This document shows, piece by piece, positions 48,201 to 58,327 of a DNA stretch of 64,000 bases. A model generated the notes under the pieces. The model was not told the origin of the DNA, made no database searches, and saw only the letters and a list, made by a program, of their open reading frames with translations. Origin of the DNA: Phyllobates terribilis. Its lineage: Eukaryota. Both the position numbers and the translations under genes were made by a program. The stretch's first letter is position 1; every line of letters starts with the position of its first letter. The stretch covers positions 1 through 64,000 of the forward strand of contig NW_027363086.1 in assembly GCF_046119375.1 (NCBI RefSeq), written 5' to 3'.

Positions 48201-51200
48201 TTATATCAAATTATTTATATTTCATTTCTTCAAGCTACTTTACTAATCTCTTTACCGCTTTTCTTTGCAGTCTGATTTTCGGAGGACTTACGGTCATCTC
48301 TGGCATCCTTGGAGTTGGAACAGGGGCGGAGATAGCCAAGAGATGCAGGAAGTACAACCCTCGTGCTGACCCTATAGTTTGTGCGGTTGGATTGCTGGGC
48401 TCCGCCATTTTCCTGCTGTTGGCTATTATTCTTGCAGACATCAGCCTTGTGGCCACTTATGTAAGTACCTGGAGTACAGATTGCTTTCATCCCCTTACTG
48501 GGTCTCGGCTATAGGACCGAGCAGTAGAAATCATAGACTATGGCGGGGGCTGTCTATGAATGTACGGAGACTGGGGTGGATGAATGGATTATAAAGACAA
48601 AACCTATGGGGGATAGGAAAGCGTGCAAGACACAAATGTTTATATGTATTGTTCTTTACTCTCTGCAGGTGTTTATATTCATCGGGACCATATTTCTGAG
48701 CCTGAACTTTTCAGTTTCAACTGATATCCGCCTGGTGAGTGGAGAAAAGCGCTAAACTTATCATAGCTATAATTATATGTATGTAGTCAGTCTCTATGTT
48801 CTGTTTTTACCCATCAAATGCCCCATAATCCTGGCTGTGCCCAAGCGTCTGTTGGGTAATTCCCAACTAAAAATAAACCTGGCGCAAGATGATTAAAAAC
48901 TTCTTTAGTAAAATCTCAGTCCACAACATGTCTGGGCTTCTTATCTATCCTGGCTGATTGTGCATTTAAAGGGGTTGTCCACTACTTTCACATTGATGCC
49001 CTACCCGTAGGATATGGCATCAATGTAGGATGGCCGGGGTCCCGCACGCGGCACCCCCGGCGATCAGCAGTTATTGGTATCTGCAGCGGCTGCCACCGGC
49101 CGGAGGGGCTTACCTGCGGTGTTTGGCCGTCAAGTTATAGTGGTCACCGCGGTGTACTGCACATCCACCTCCTATTCAATTGACTTGAATAGGTAAGGAC
49201 TTCCGGCTGGTGGCAGCCGCCGCCGGCACCGATAACTGCTGATCGGAAGGGATGCCGCATGCGGGACCCCGGCCGATCATACATTGATGCCCTATCCATA
49301 GTGGACAACTTCTTTAACTTAGGCTTCAAGTATGTTCACTTTGTCCATGTTCTCTTGTCTCGTTGGGTTCAGTGACTCCTTCTGCTCATTCAGAATATTC
49401 TCTTGTTTCAGTATGTGGTTTCTCCCACAAGGCGATCAACAGCACAGGCGTTATCGATGGCGGGGTCCCACCTGCTGGGGGAAGCTGGAAGCTCCTATTT
49501 CATCGGGCTAGTAAGTAGCTGTTACATATTCTCACATCACTTTAGGGCTACATTCACACATCTGTTTCCATTTGTACATTGTCGCAAAACAGACCATTTT
49601 TCTCTTGTGTCATCTGTTTTTTTAAAAAGTGAAGGTGGTAGACTGTCCAAACTTTATTTATCCATTGACTCTTAATAATGGATCAATGAAAAATGGATGA
49701 AACACAGATGGAAAACTGAAGTACAAAGTATATCATCCTTTCTCCATCCATTTTTAACAGATTCCTATAGACTAGAAATAGTAACCCCAGTTTTAATTTT
49801 TATTTCATAAATCAATAGTACAGTACACATGAAAATAAGAAACGTTGGAATATATCTTTTCAGAGAAATCTGCTTCTTTCTCCTCTCGAACTGATCGTTT
49901 ATTCTCAAAGTTCTCACTGTATTCAGTGAAGCATTACTGGGATAGGAGATGACAGTTGGTGCTTATAACATTCTATTTAGAGGAAAGAGGGAGGAGCTAG
50001 AGGCAGGCTCCCCCCATGTACATAGAATCTGATCAACAGCAATTGTCATCTCCTATCTCAGTAATGTAAAAATCTGTCTTCACTGATTACAGATTTTATC
50101 TGTGAATTAAGAATGTTATAAATTAATGGAGGAAAAATAAGCAGATTTATCTGATAAGATCTACCACAAAGTTGCTTATTTTCACGTGTACTGTATTGAT
50201 TTTATAACGACAGTTACTCTTTACTGGCCAAGTCTGATCCGCAGAACGGATGAGAATAGGACATGCTCTGTCACAGTGGAGTTTTTAAAACTCGCTGTAG
50301 CCTATTCATAACATACTTAAAAGGGTTCACCGGGACTATTTGATTTTTTTTACTATGGGCTAACAGGCAAGTCGTTGCTAAATACCTGCCTGTAGTGCCC
50401 GGGACCGATCTCTGCCAACACCCGCGATTCAGTGGCCTCCCCTGATATCACGTTGACAGAGCAGCATCTTCTCTTCCGCTCTGTTGACGGGGTGGCAGAA
50501 CTCCAAAGACAAGATGTCCTGGAGTTACGTCACAGATTATCTGCTGAAGAAGGATGTCACAAGTGTCCTGTTCCCAGACAATGTGTAGTACTGGAGCTGC
50601 GGATACTGGAAGCATTGCTGTTCATAGTTTGGAGGAGCCGCTATCTGCAGTGAGGCACCTTCTCTTTCTATGATCACCAGATTTCATTGGTATCCATTGA
50701 CTGCTGTCAGCATAAACGTGTCCAGTCAATTATGTTTTTTTACTTTCATTAACCATACATAATTATTTATCTCGTCTCATCTTCAGATATCCGACCGCAT
50801 CAAAAGTTACAATCCAGACTCGGCTCTTTCGAACTTCCGCAGTCTGCAGTACGCCCTCATGGTTTGCCCCTTTGTGCTGGTTTTCGGAGGAGGATTCTTT
50901 TTCGCATGCGCCCTCTTTGTTGAAAATGATCGTAAGAAGGCAGAGACAGAGTCTGAAGGTACGTGCAGAAATAAGTTAATTATCCGATCATATCTCTTAC
51001 AGAATTGGATTAGCATTAGCTCCATAATTAGTAAATGTAATACCCAGCATCTGTATAATACATCCATCCCCATAACAAAGCTCCATAACATAACATTAAC
51101 AAAGCTGCATAACATAACATTAACAAAGCTGCAATTAACTTATTATTATGGCATAAATAGTTTTATCCTAAGGCTATGTGCCCACGATGCAGAAATGCTC

Positions 51201-54200
51201 AGGATTTTTCCTGAGCGTTTCTGCATCTCCCCTGGCAGAAAAAACGCATGCGGATTGTACATGCGGATTGTACATGCGGATTGTACATGCGTTTTTCTGC
51301 CAGGGACATGCGGATGTGAAGCGTTCTTCACATGCATTTCCGCATGCGGGTTGATAAGCGCTTTCCAAGCGATTTTAGCATCACTTGGAAAGTGCTTGAC
51401 AACTTGGTCACACTATATAAATCCATGCAAACGGCATGGATTTATATAGTGTGACCCCAAAGAATGGTTAAAAATAAAAAAATAAATATATACTTACCTT
51501 CCGATGGCCCCGGCAGTCTTGCTTCACTCCGTCCTGGCTGCCGGCAGATCGCGGTACACTGAAGGACCTGCCAACGTCAGCATCGCGTGACCCGTCACAT
51601 GGCTATGACGTCAGCGCAGGTCCTTCAGTCCACCGCGATCTGCCGGCATGGGAGGACGAGCGCACCGCGGCCCGCCGGAAGGTAAGTATAACATATATTT
51701 TTTATTTTATTCTTTTTTTTACAGGTACTATGGCACCTGGGTGTGGATGTCTCCTCTCCTCCACACCCGGGTACCATCCCCACAATGGAACGCATACATC
51801 TACATATACAGTGATGCGGAGTCCATGCGGTCTAATGCAAGTCAATGGCGGAGAAAACTCAGCGCTTCCGCAAAATAATTGGTAGTGCTGCTTTTTTTAC
51901 GCAATGATAATCCGCAGCGGAAATTTCTGCAGCATGTGCACAGCACATATGGATTATCATTGGGGAACATGGCAGACCTTCTACCATGCGTTTTTTAAGC
52001 GTTTCTGCAGCGTTTTTGCCGCTGCGGAAACGCTTAAAAAACGCATCGTGGGCACACAGCCTAAGTGTGACCCTACCCTACTGATATGGGGCTGATTATA
52101 TGACATAAATTGTATTTGAAAAAATCTGCTATGTCTTTTTGGTGGAATCTACTTTTAAGAGAACCTGTCACTCGCCATAAATATACATTTATTTTAACCC
52201 GGTATAAATGCTGCTATTCTCCTGAATACGGCATTGTTTGTCTCTTGTTCTCAAATCTCCTTGTTCCTGATAGGTCTCCCTGCTCCCTATACATTTATCC
52301 ACTATTTTAGCCAACTGGCCGTTGTCATCAAGATGTTTCTCAAAAAGAGAAGTTTTTGAGGGTCACGCCCACTTGGCAAAAATAAATACAAATACTAGAT
52401 TTACATAAAGGGAAAAGGGGGCAATTTCTCAGGAAATTAGAATCTTGAGGAACAAAGGATGAACAATGCCAGATTCAGGAGAACAACAGGATTTACAACG
52501 GGTAAAAAATGGTAAATGTCGGATCATCTCGTTCAATTGTTTTTACTTAACATTTACAAAAAAAATAACATTAAGAAGGAATATAAATTGGGGAGGGGAA
52601 AAAGGAGTAATGGGGTAACAATGGGAAGTTACAGGAGAGAAAGTAAAGGCAAGGCTAGTCATTATTATTAGTAATAAACAACTATTATAACTTTGACCAT
52701 AATATGTGTAAACAATTAGTTTGGTATATATCCGGTATTGTTTGTTTATACAACTATTTTAGTTTTTAAGTTTTGGGTTTAGCCTGAGTAAAAAAAAACT
52801 CTTCCACTATGGCATTCATCTAACTAAATATCAGCTACAACATTTTTTCACTAATCGCAAAGTTGAACTTTAATATTGTGCGTTGATGCCTTTCCATTAC
52901 TTCTAATATTGATGGAGGAATTATTTGCTTCCATTTTGTTGCGATTAAATGTTTAATCACCAAAAAGATATGACAAGAGATATGTTGAAATTTGGGTGGG
53001 ATTTCTTCTAGACCTTGTGATAATAATATTAATTGTGGTGTAAGTGGAATATTGGGTTTAGAAATTCATAGGAGTAAGTTCAAAGTTTCTTTCCATAATT
53101 CCTTTATGGACAACTCCAAAATATGTGTAAAATGTCTCCCGGTTTAGCACAACCTCTCCAGCATAGAGGAGGTTGGGAAGGAAATGCTCTGCGGGGTCTC
53201 ATTGGAGTAAAGGAGCACCGCAGCATAATGTTATAGTGCGTCTCTTGGAAACACGTAGTGGCACAATATGTCAGGTTTAATGCTTTACTGTACATGTAGA
53301 TAATCCTTCTGTATCATTTTATATCAAATAATTTAATTTTATTTCATCTTTATAGACTTTGTCCTGAAGGAGGTAATATCTACAGCTCCATAAATTAGAA
53401 CTTTTTAAAGCTGGACCTGAGGAAAAATGAAAGGTAAGATAAGATGGGAATAGTCAACTTTAACTTTTTTAATTTTTGGTAATGAGAATATATAATTTGA
53501 GAATATAATTTGAGTGGGTTTTCAGATCCTATTATTTCAGAGTTAGAATTTTTAGTTTCTTTCCAGGCCAGGTATCTCTTCTTAGAACTATTCAATCCTT
53601 TTACAAGAGGAGATAAAATATTAAGTACCAATTTTATTTTTTTAAGGGGATGAGTGATAATACCAGATGGGAAATATATTAGTTATACAACCATATAAAT
53701 CATCGTATAAAACTGTACACTTGTTAAACTACGTTTTGCTTCTTTTGTTGGAGACAGTGGCTCCAGCTTTGCGGCACGAATCATCACGTTGTACATTCAA
53801 TGTCCGTTCCGGCTATGACAACTTGCTGGAGGTCCTAGATTCATTGGGGATCTGCAGGGGTTTGTCTGACATCTTTAAGTTCCTGGATGTCTTTTAATGT
53901 TTTAGAAATACTTGATCTTTTACTAAAGCTAAAATAGTGGGGAGAAGATCCTTTACAGTAAAAATAGTTCTATTTAGATCTAGCTTTATTAACGCTACAT
54001 AATCAATAATTTATTTTTTAATTTAAATTTATAGATTTAAAAAATTGCACTCATGTACTTCTTAGATATCCATGAAATGCTTAGTGCCGGCCAATATGAA
54101 ACATTCTGGGTTTAGGAATCCAGTGGGTGGTCTCAGATCTCACATAGTGATTGTCAGCCCCCTCTATATGAATGGGGGGTACAGTCCTAAACTAAGAATA

Positions 54201-54391
54201 AGCCAATATCACTTATCTTAAATCTTTTCTCACAAGGCTAGAAATCAGTAACCAGGAGTACATTGCCTGCCGCTTATATATGATATCCAGTTGTTTCATC
54301 TTCAGTCATATTTATTATTTCTACAGATCACTATTCCGGAGAGAGGCCTGATTGTGATCCGTCAATGAACAAAGAATCCAGCCGGATGTGA
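44995..54391 (+). CDS. spns1: Spinster homolog 1-like MFS transporter (diverged paralog), 12 coding exons, about 505 aa
   Basis: Exons 44995-45202, 45375-45440, 45691-45827, 46176-46327, 47028-47097, 47713-47852, 47945-48097, 48271-48460, 48669-48734, 49412-49510, 50787-50958 and (tentative) 54327-54391. All introns are GT-AG, phases are consistent, total 1518 nt. Motifs [47 protein letters not shown] and SHLLG match SPNS1 best (recalled sequence). Confidence 0.88.
45375..45440 (+). CDS. spns1: SPNS1-like exon 2
   Basis: [22 protein letters not shown]; 66 nt, flanked by AG and GT. Confidence 0.85.
45691..45827 (+). CDS. spns1: SPNS1-like exon 3
   Basis: [34 protein letters not shown]...VPNE. 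Confidence 0.92.
45863..45999. mobile_element. Small Harbinger-type MITE in intron 3
   Basis: TIR ggctcatgcagacgtc / gacgtctgcatgagcc with tta/taa flanks. Confidence 0.7.
46176..46327 (+). CDS. spns1: SPNS1-like exon 4
   Basis: [38 protein letters not shown]...PFG. Confidence 0.92.
47028..47097 (+). CDS. spns1: SPNS1-like exon 5
   Basis: [23 protein letters not shown]. Confidence 0.92.
47168..47614. mobile_element. TTAA-target MITE in intron 5
   Basis: ttaa|agggaatctg...cagatcccct|ttaa. Confidence 0.7.
47713..47852 (+). CDS. spns1: SPNS1-like exon 6
   Basis: [26 protein letters not shown]...[10 protein letters not shown]. Confidence 0.9.
47945..48097 (+). CDS. spns1: SPNS1-like exon 7
   Basis: [10 protein letters not shown]...[11 protein letters not shown]...YDDS. 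Confidence 0.9.
48271..48460 (+). CDS. spns1: SPNS1-like exon 8
   Basis: [39 protein letters not shown]. Confidence 0.93.
48669..48734 (+). CDS. spns1: SPNS1-like exon 9
   Basis: [22 protein letters not shown]. Confidence 0.9.
48970..49313. mobile_element. TTAA-target MITE in intron 9 (same family as 24967-25376)
   Basis: ttaa|aggggttgtccact...gtggacaacttct|ttaa. Confidence 0.85.
49412..49510 (+). CDS. spns1: SPNS1-like exon 10
   Basis: [33 protein letters not shown]. Confidence 0.93.
50787..50958 (+). CDS. spns1: SPNS1-like exon 11
   Basis: [38 protein letters not shown]. Confidence 0.93.
51172..52061. mobile_element. Harbinger-type MITE in intron 11
   Basis: TIR ggctatgtgcccac / gtgggcacacagcc; TAA TSD at 51169-51171 and 52062-52064. 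Confidence 0.85.
52535..54300 (-). mobile_element. Degenerate L1-type LINE 3' fragment in intron 11; boundaries approximate
   Basis: [19 protein letters not shown] is the C-terminal Cys motif of L1 ORF2; many stops in flanking frames. Confidence 0.6.
54327..54391 (+). CDS. spns1: Candidate terminal exon 12 ([21 protein letters not shown])
   Basis: Acceptor tttctacag in the correct phase 1, TGA at 54389-54391. No recognisable homology to the known SPNS1 tail. Confidence 0.45.
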
Positions 54392-54426
54392 CGACTCTTC
54401 CACAAGGCGAAAACAAGTCAGAAAAA

Positions 54427-54671
54427 AGAGACAGATTCCGGGCTCGGTCTCTGTTCTCGCATACGACATTTACTGGACTTTCCGCAGTCAGATGAACTCA
54501 CGGAATAAAGTGAGGTTCCTGCTGCATCAAGAGGCAGATTCCGGGCTCGGTCTCTGTTCTCACTTCTGGATACGACATTTACTGGACTTTCCGCAGTCAG
54601 ATGAACTCACGGAATAAAGTGAGCTTCCTGCTGCATAAGGAGACAGATTCCGGGCTCGGTCTCTGTTCTCG
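54427..54671 (+). repeat. ~105-110-bp unit repeated about 2.4 times just after the candidate stop
   Basis: cagattccgggctcggtctctgttctc occurs at about 54432, 54536 and 54646. Confidence 0.85.
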
Positions 54672-54705
54672 TCCTATCATGATTAGTGCCACATTGAAGA
54701 CTATT

Positions 54706-54870
54706 GGGCAACACGGTGGCTCAGTGGTTAGCACTGTTGCTTTGCAGCGTTCGGGTCCAAACCCAACCAAAGAGAACAACTGCATGGAGTTTGTATGCTC
54801 TCCCCGTGTTCGCGTGGGTTTCCTCCGGGTTCTCCGGTTTCCTCCCACACTCCAAAGACATACTGATAGG
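54706..54870 (+). mobile_element. tRNA-derived SINE 5' part (V-SINE-like), 3' truncated
   Basis: A-box-like tggctcagtgg; central gggtttcctccgggttctccggtttcctcccaca motif. Confidence 0.8.
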
Positions 54871-55661
54871 AAATTGATAAATAAATAATTAAATATTATT
54901 TCAACTATTATTGAAAATTCTTATATTTGACTCCTTGAATGAAGCTAATAGTCAGTGTATGATAACATATCTGAGCCACTGTATGGGTCTTCACAGTGCT
55001 TAATAGAGGCAACTGGGGGTCAACCCAACAAATCATAGGAGCCTCAGGTCTGGTCAATGATTCCTCCCCAGGTCCACACATTGCATTCCATGTCCTGAGC
55101 TCACGTATGTGATCAGTCCTCCATTATGGTAAATGGAAAATATAGAAACAACCAATCAAAAGTCTAACACCTTACTGCCCTATGACATACTATTACATCA
55201 TGGGCACATGGGATTAAACATGAACTGTGCTATTTTCATGGTAGTCGTGCTGTGCAGGCTTAGCAGCTGAGCCCGCACTTCAAGGAGAGTTGGCTGCAAC
55301 TGCCGACTTTGGTGTTAGCACTTATCCCGACAGTTTAACCCTTTAGATGATGCGGTCAATAGCGACCACCGCATCAATATGGTGGACAGAAGGAAGGGGC
55401 CCCCTCTGTACCTTCATTATTACCCCCATGTTACAATCACGGTGTATCGATGGTTATCATGGCAAGCTGAGACCTAACAACAGCCTCTGGGTCTATCAGC
55501 AATGGAAGCTTGTTGAAAAAAAGAAGGATCGCTTCACTGTACCAAACTTTTAGGGTGCTCTGAAGAAATAGGTAGTATAGATATCAAAAAAGAACTTCGG
55601 CACTCCAATATGGATGCAAAAAATTGGTTTTTATTAGCAGAATTCCCCTTAAATGAAAAGC

Positions 55662-55701
55662 AGGCCAACGTTTCGACCTAACATGGTCTTTCTCAGGGCC
55701 T
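55662..55701 (-). ncRNA. Minimal hammerhead ribozyme-like motif (C3/A8 variant)
   Basis: aggcc-CUGAGAA-a-gacc/gguc-GAAA-cg-UU-ggccu; palindromic ACGU helix III. Confidence 0.65.
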
Positions 55702-55950
55702 ATGCTAAACATCAAAAGAATATATCCCATCAACATTTGTATATAAACAGAAAATAAGGAAAAACAAAATATACACATACATCTACTTATAAATGATGTG
55801 GAATAACCCACAAAAGATTGTGAAATAAATTTGTAAGGTACAGTAGAATATGCAAATAGCGTGCGTTTTTTTAAAAAAATGTTTATATATGTATATAAAT
55901 TCAAGAATAATGATATAGTAGGAGACCTCATGCTGCCACAAGAATATAAA

Positions 55951-55985
<35 letters not shown>

Positions 55986-55988
<3 letters not shown>

Positions 55989-56381
55989 TACAGACCAAAA
56001 GTTTGGACACACCTTCTCATTTAAAGATTGTTCTGTATTTTCATGACTATGAAAATTGTACATTCACACTGAAGGCATCAAAACTATGAATTAACACATG
56101 TGGAATTATATACTTAACAAAAAAGTATGAAACAACTGAAAATATGTCTTATATTCTAGGTTCTTCAAAGTAGCCACCTTTTGCTTTGATGACTGCTTTG
56201 CACACTCTTGGCATTCTATTGATGAGCTTCAAGAGGTAGTCACCGGAAATGGTTTTCACTTCACAGGTGTGCCCTGTCAGGTTTAATAAGTGGGATTTCT
56301 TGCCTTATAAATGGGGTTGGGACCATCAGTTGTGTTGTGCAGAAGTCAGGTGGATACACAGCTCATAGTCCTACTGAATAG
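55986..56381 (+). mobile_element. Tc1 5' fragment (same family as 8742-9356), inserted at a (TA)n tract
   Basis: TIR cagtacagaccaaaagtttggacac; truncated at a tagtcct direct repeat. Confidence 0.9.
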
Positions 56382-56607
56382 TCCTAAATAATCAGTAACA
56401 TGAAATATATTCAATTATTATAAAATGACAAACAATCTAGTCACCCATACTGAAAGCCCAGTGAATGACCCACAACTTAAAACTTTAATCAGTAGCATAG
56501 AATTATCCGCTAAACCCTGGTTTATTATCCTATCCAATAGACACTGGACAGAGTGAGTTTTATGTAATATAGGTAGAGGGATTTTTGGGGGGGGATATAG
56601 GAATTTT

Positions 56608-57321
56608 TTATTCATATTGTGCTTCATACTCCCTATTAAGTCCTTTCGGAGTGAGGATCTGTAGCGTATGTATCCAGTATAGCTCACGTTTTTTGAGGTT
56701 TTGAATCCGGTTGCCCCCCCCCCGTCTATTTGGCGGAATGTGATCAATTACTTGATACCTTAGTTGTGAAATGTTGTGGGACATAGCTAGAAAATGTGCT
56801 GGTATAGGTAACATCATGCGTCCACAACGAATTGTTGATTTGTGTTGTGAAATGCGGTCTCGGATATGTTGGGTGGTCTCACCAACATACGCGAGACCGC
56901 ATGGACACTTAATTAGATACACCACATACGTGGAATCACAAGAGAAATATTCTTTAATAGAATAACGTTTGCCAGAATGAGGATGTGTAAAAGTGTCATC
57001 CTTAGTAATATTTGAACACTGTAAACATCCTAGACACGGGAAAGTTCCCCTCCGGGGGGTGGCCAAGGTGCGTTGGATTGGTCCCTTATTTGTGGATCCC
57101 ATGTCAGCTCTAACCAAATGGTCGCGAATGTTTCGGGATCTTTTATGACATAGTAGGGGGACATCAGTAAATTCCTCTATATCCGGATAAGATTGCTCTA
57201 ACAGGGACCAATATTTTTTAATGCACTTGAATATCTGTCCCCCAAAGGGGTGATAGGTGTTCACGAAAGTCAGTTGTGAGTTATTATTCCGTCGTGAAGT
57301 AGGTTGGGTGACCTGGTTCAA
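56608..57321 (-). CDS. PLE2 C-terminal fragment: Cys linker plus GIY-YIG endonuclease (open to its stop)
   Basis: CLGCLQC; VVYLIKCPCGLAYVGETTQHIRDRISQHK. Confidence 0.85.
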   Translation of the reverse strand: MNQVTQPTSRRNNNSQLTFVNTYHPFGGQIFKCIKKYWSLLEQSYPDIEEFTDVPLLCHKRSRNIRDHLVRADMGSTNKGPIQRTLATPRRGTFPCLGCLQCSNITKDDTFTHPHSGKRYSIKEYFSCDSTYVVYLIKCPCGLAYVGETTQHIRDRISQHKSTIRCGRMMLPIPAHFLAMSHNISQLRYQVIDHIPPNRRGGGNRIQNLKKRELYWIHTLQILTPKGLNREYEAQYE

Positions 57322-57547
57322 GATATGTGATGGGTAAAGACCATGTTAGGTGGAAACGGACTGCTTTTCATTTATGGGGAATTCTGCTAATAAAAACCAT
57401 TTTTTTGCATCCATATTGGAGTGCCGAAGTTCTTTTTTGATATCTATACTACCTATTTCTTCAGAGCACCCTAAAAGTTTGATACAGTGAAGCGATCCTT
57501 CTTTTTTTCAATTGACTGTTTCTTGGGATTACGCTCCTGTGGCTTCA

Positions 57548-58327
57548 ATGTCGTTCACAACCTTTGCCTTTAATCAGGAAGAAGCAAGTGGAATACTTGC
57601 ACATGTCACAACTCCCGTTACATTTCTCCACACCCCCACTGAGGAAGTACGCATAAGGGACCTAAAGAAGGAACAAAGGAGGTATACCGCTTTGGATCTA
57701 CACTGCGTTACTCTCGCAGAATATCACAAAACACAACGAATTCCACGAGGATGAAGAGTCAACCTACGTCCTACTCTATTTATTGATAACTCTGATTATT
57801 GCAGTAAGTTCGAGGGGATCCTCAACAAATGCTCAATGGACATTATTGTGTTGACAATTGATTTTCTCCAGAAGGAAATAACCAATCTACATACTAGGAT
57901 TGCCTCTACTGAGCAACAATTGAGTAATACGATTTCATCTGAAGAATTTACAACACTGAAAAACAAAGTGGACAAAACCATTTCTGATTCTGAATATCGC
58001 AACGAACTCCAGATCCAGAAAAAATCTAAATTTCTATGTGACGCTGAAAACTACCTCAATAATCAAGTGTATAGATGGCGCTCTTCAGATCAAGGCAGAA
58101 GCAGCAGATCATACAGGCGAGGATACAACTCTTCTCCAGGCCGACACTCCTCTACAGACAGCAAACGAGGTACCTATCAACCAAATTATTTTTTGGATCA
58201 ACGCAGAAACCGTCCACCAAGAATAAGACGAGGCGGGGGAGGCGATCGACAGACAGACAACGCTCGGATGACAACTCGTTCTCGGGTAGGACTAACATCG
58301 TGTATAACATCTTCTCACAATCCTTAG
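57548..58327 (+). pseudogene. PLE2 upstream ORF/N-terminal domain (IPRG motif, coiled-coil-like, RS/RG-rich tail), one internal stop
   Basis: ORFs 57512-57754 and 57836-58327 are in the same frame, separated by TGA at 57752-57754. Confidence 0.7.

Larger units (their letters stand above)
55513..57337 (-). mobile_element. Inverted 5'-truncated copy of the PLE2 3' end (GIY-YIG, 3' region, pLTR), interrupted by a Tc1 fragment
   Basis: 56995-57337 is the reverse complement of about 59838-60179; 55513-55690 is the reverse complement of about 57338-57510. Confidence 0.88.

Noticed and set aside
54427-54671. Regularly repeated unit, considered as a CRISPR-like array or as hammerheads (cagatga..ctcac/gtgag)
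   Set aside because: Whole units are duplicated with no unique spacers; eukaryotic context; the GAAA and NUH hammerhead core elements are missing.
54706-54780. tRNA gene
   Set aside because: Only an A-box-like head is present, with no full cloverleaf; it continues into a SINE body.
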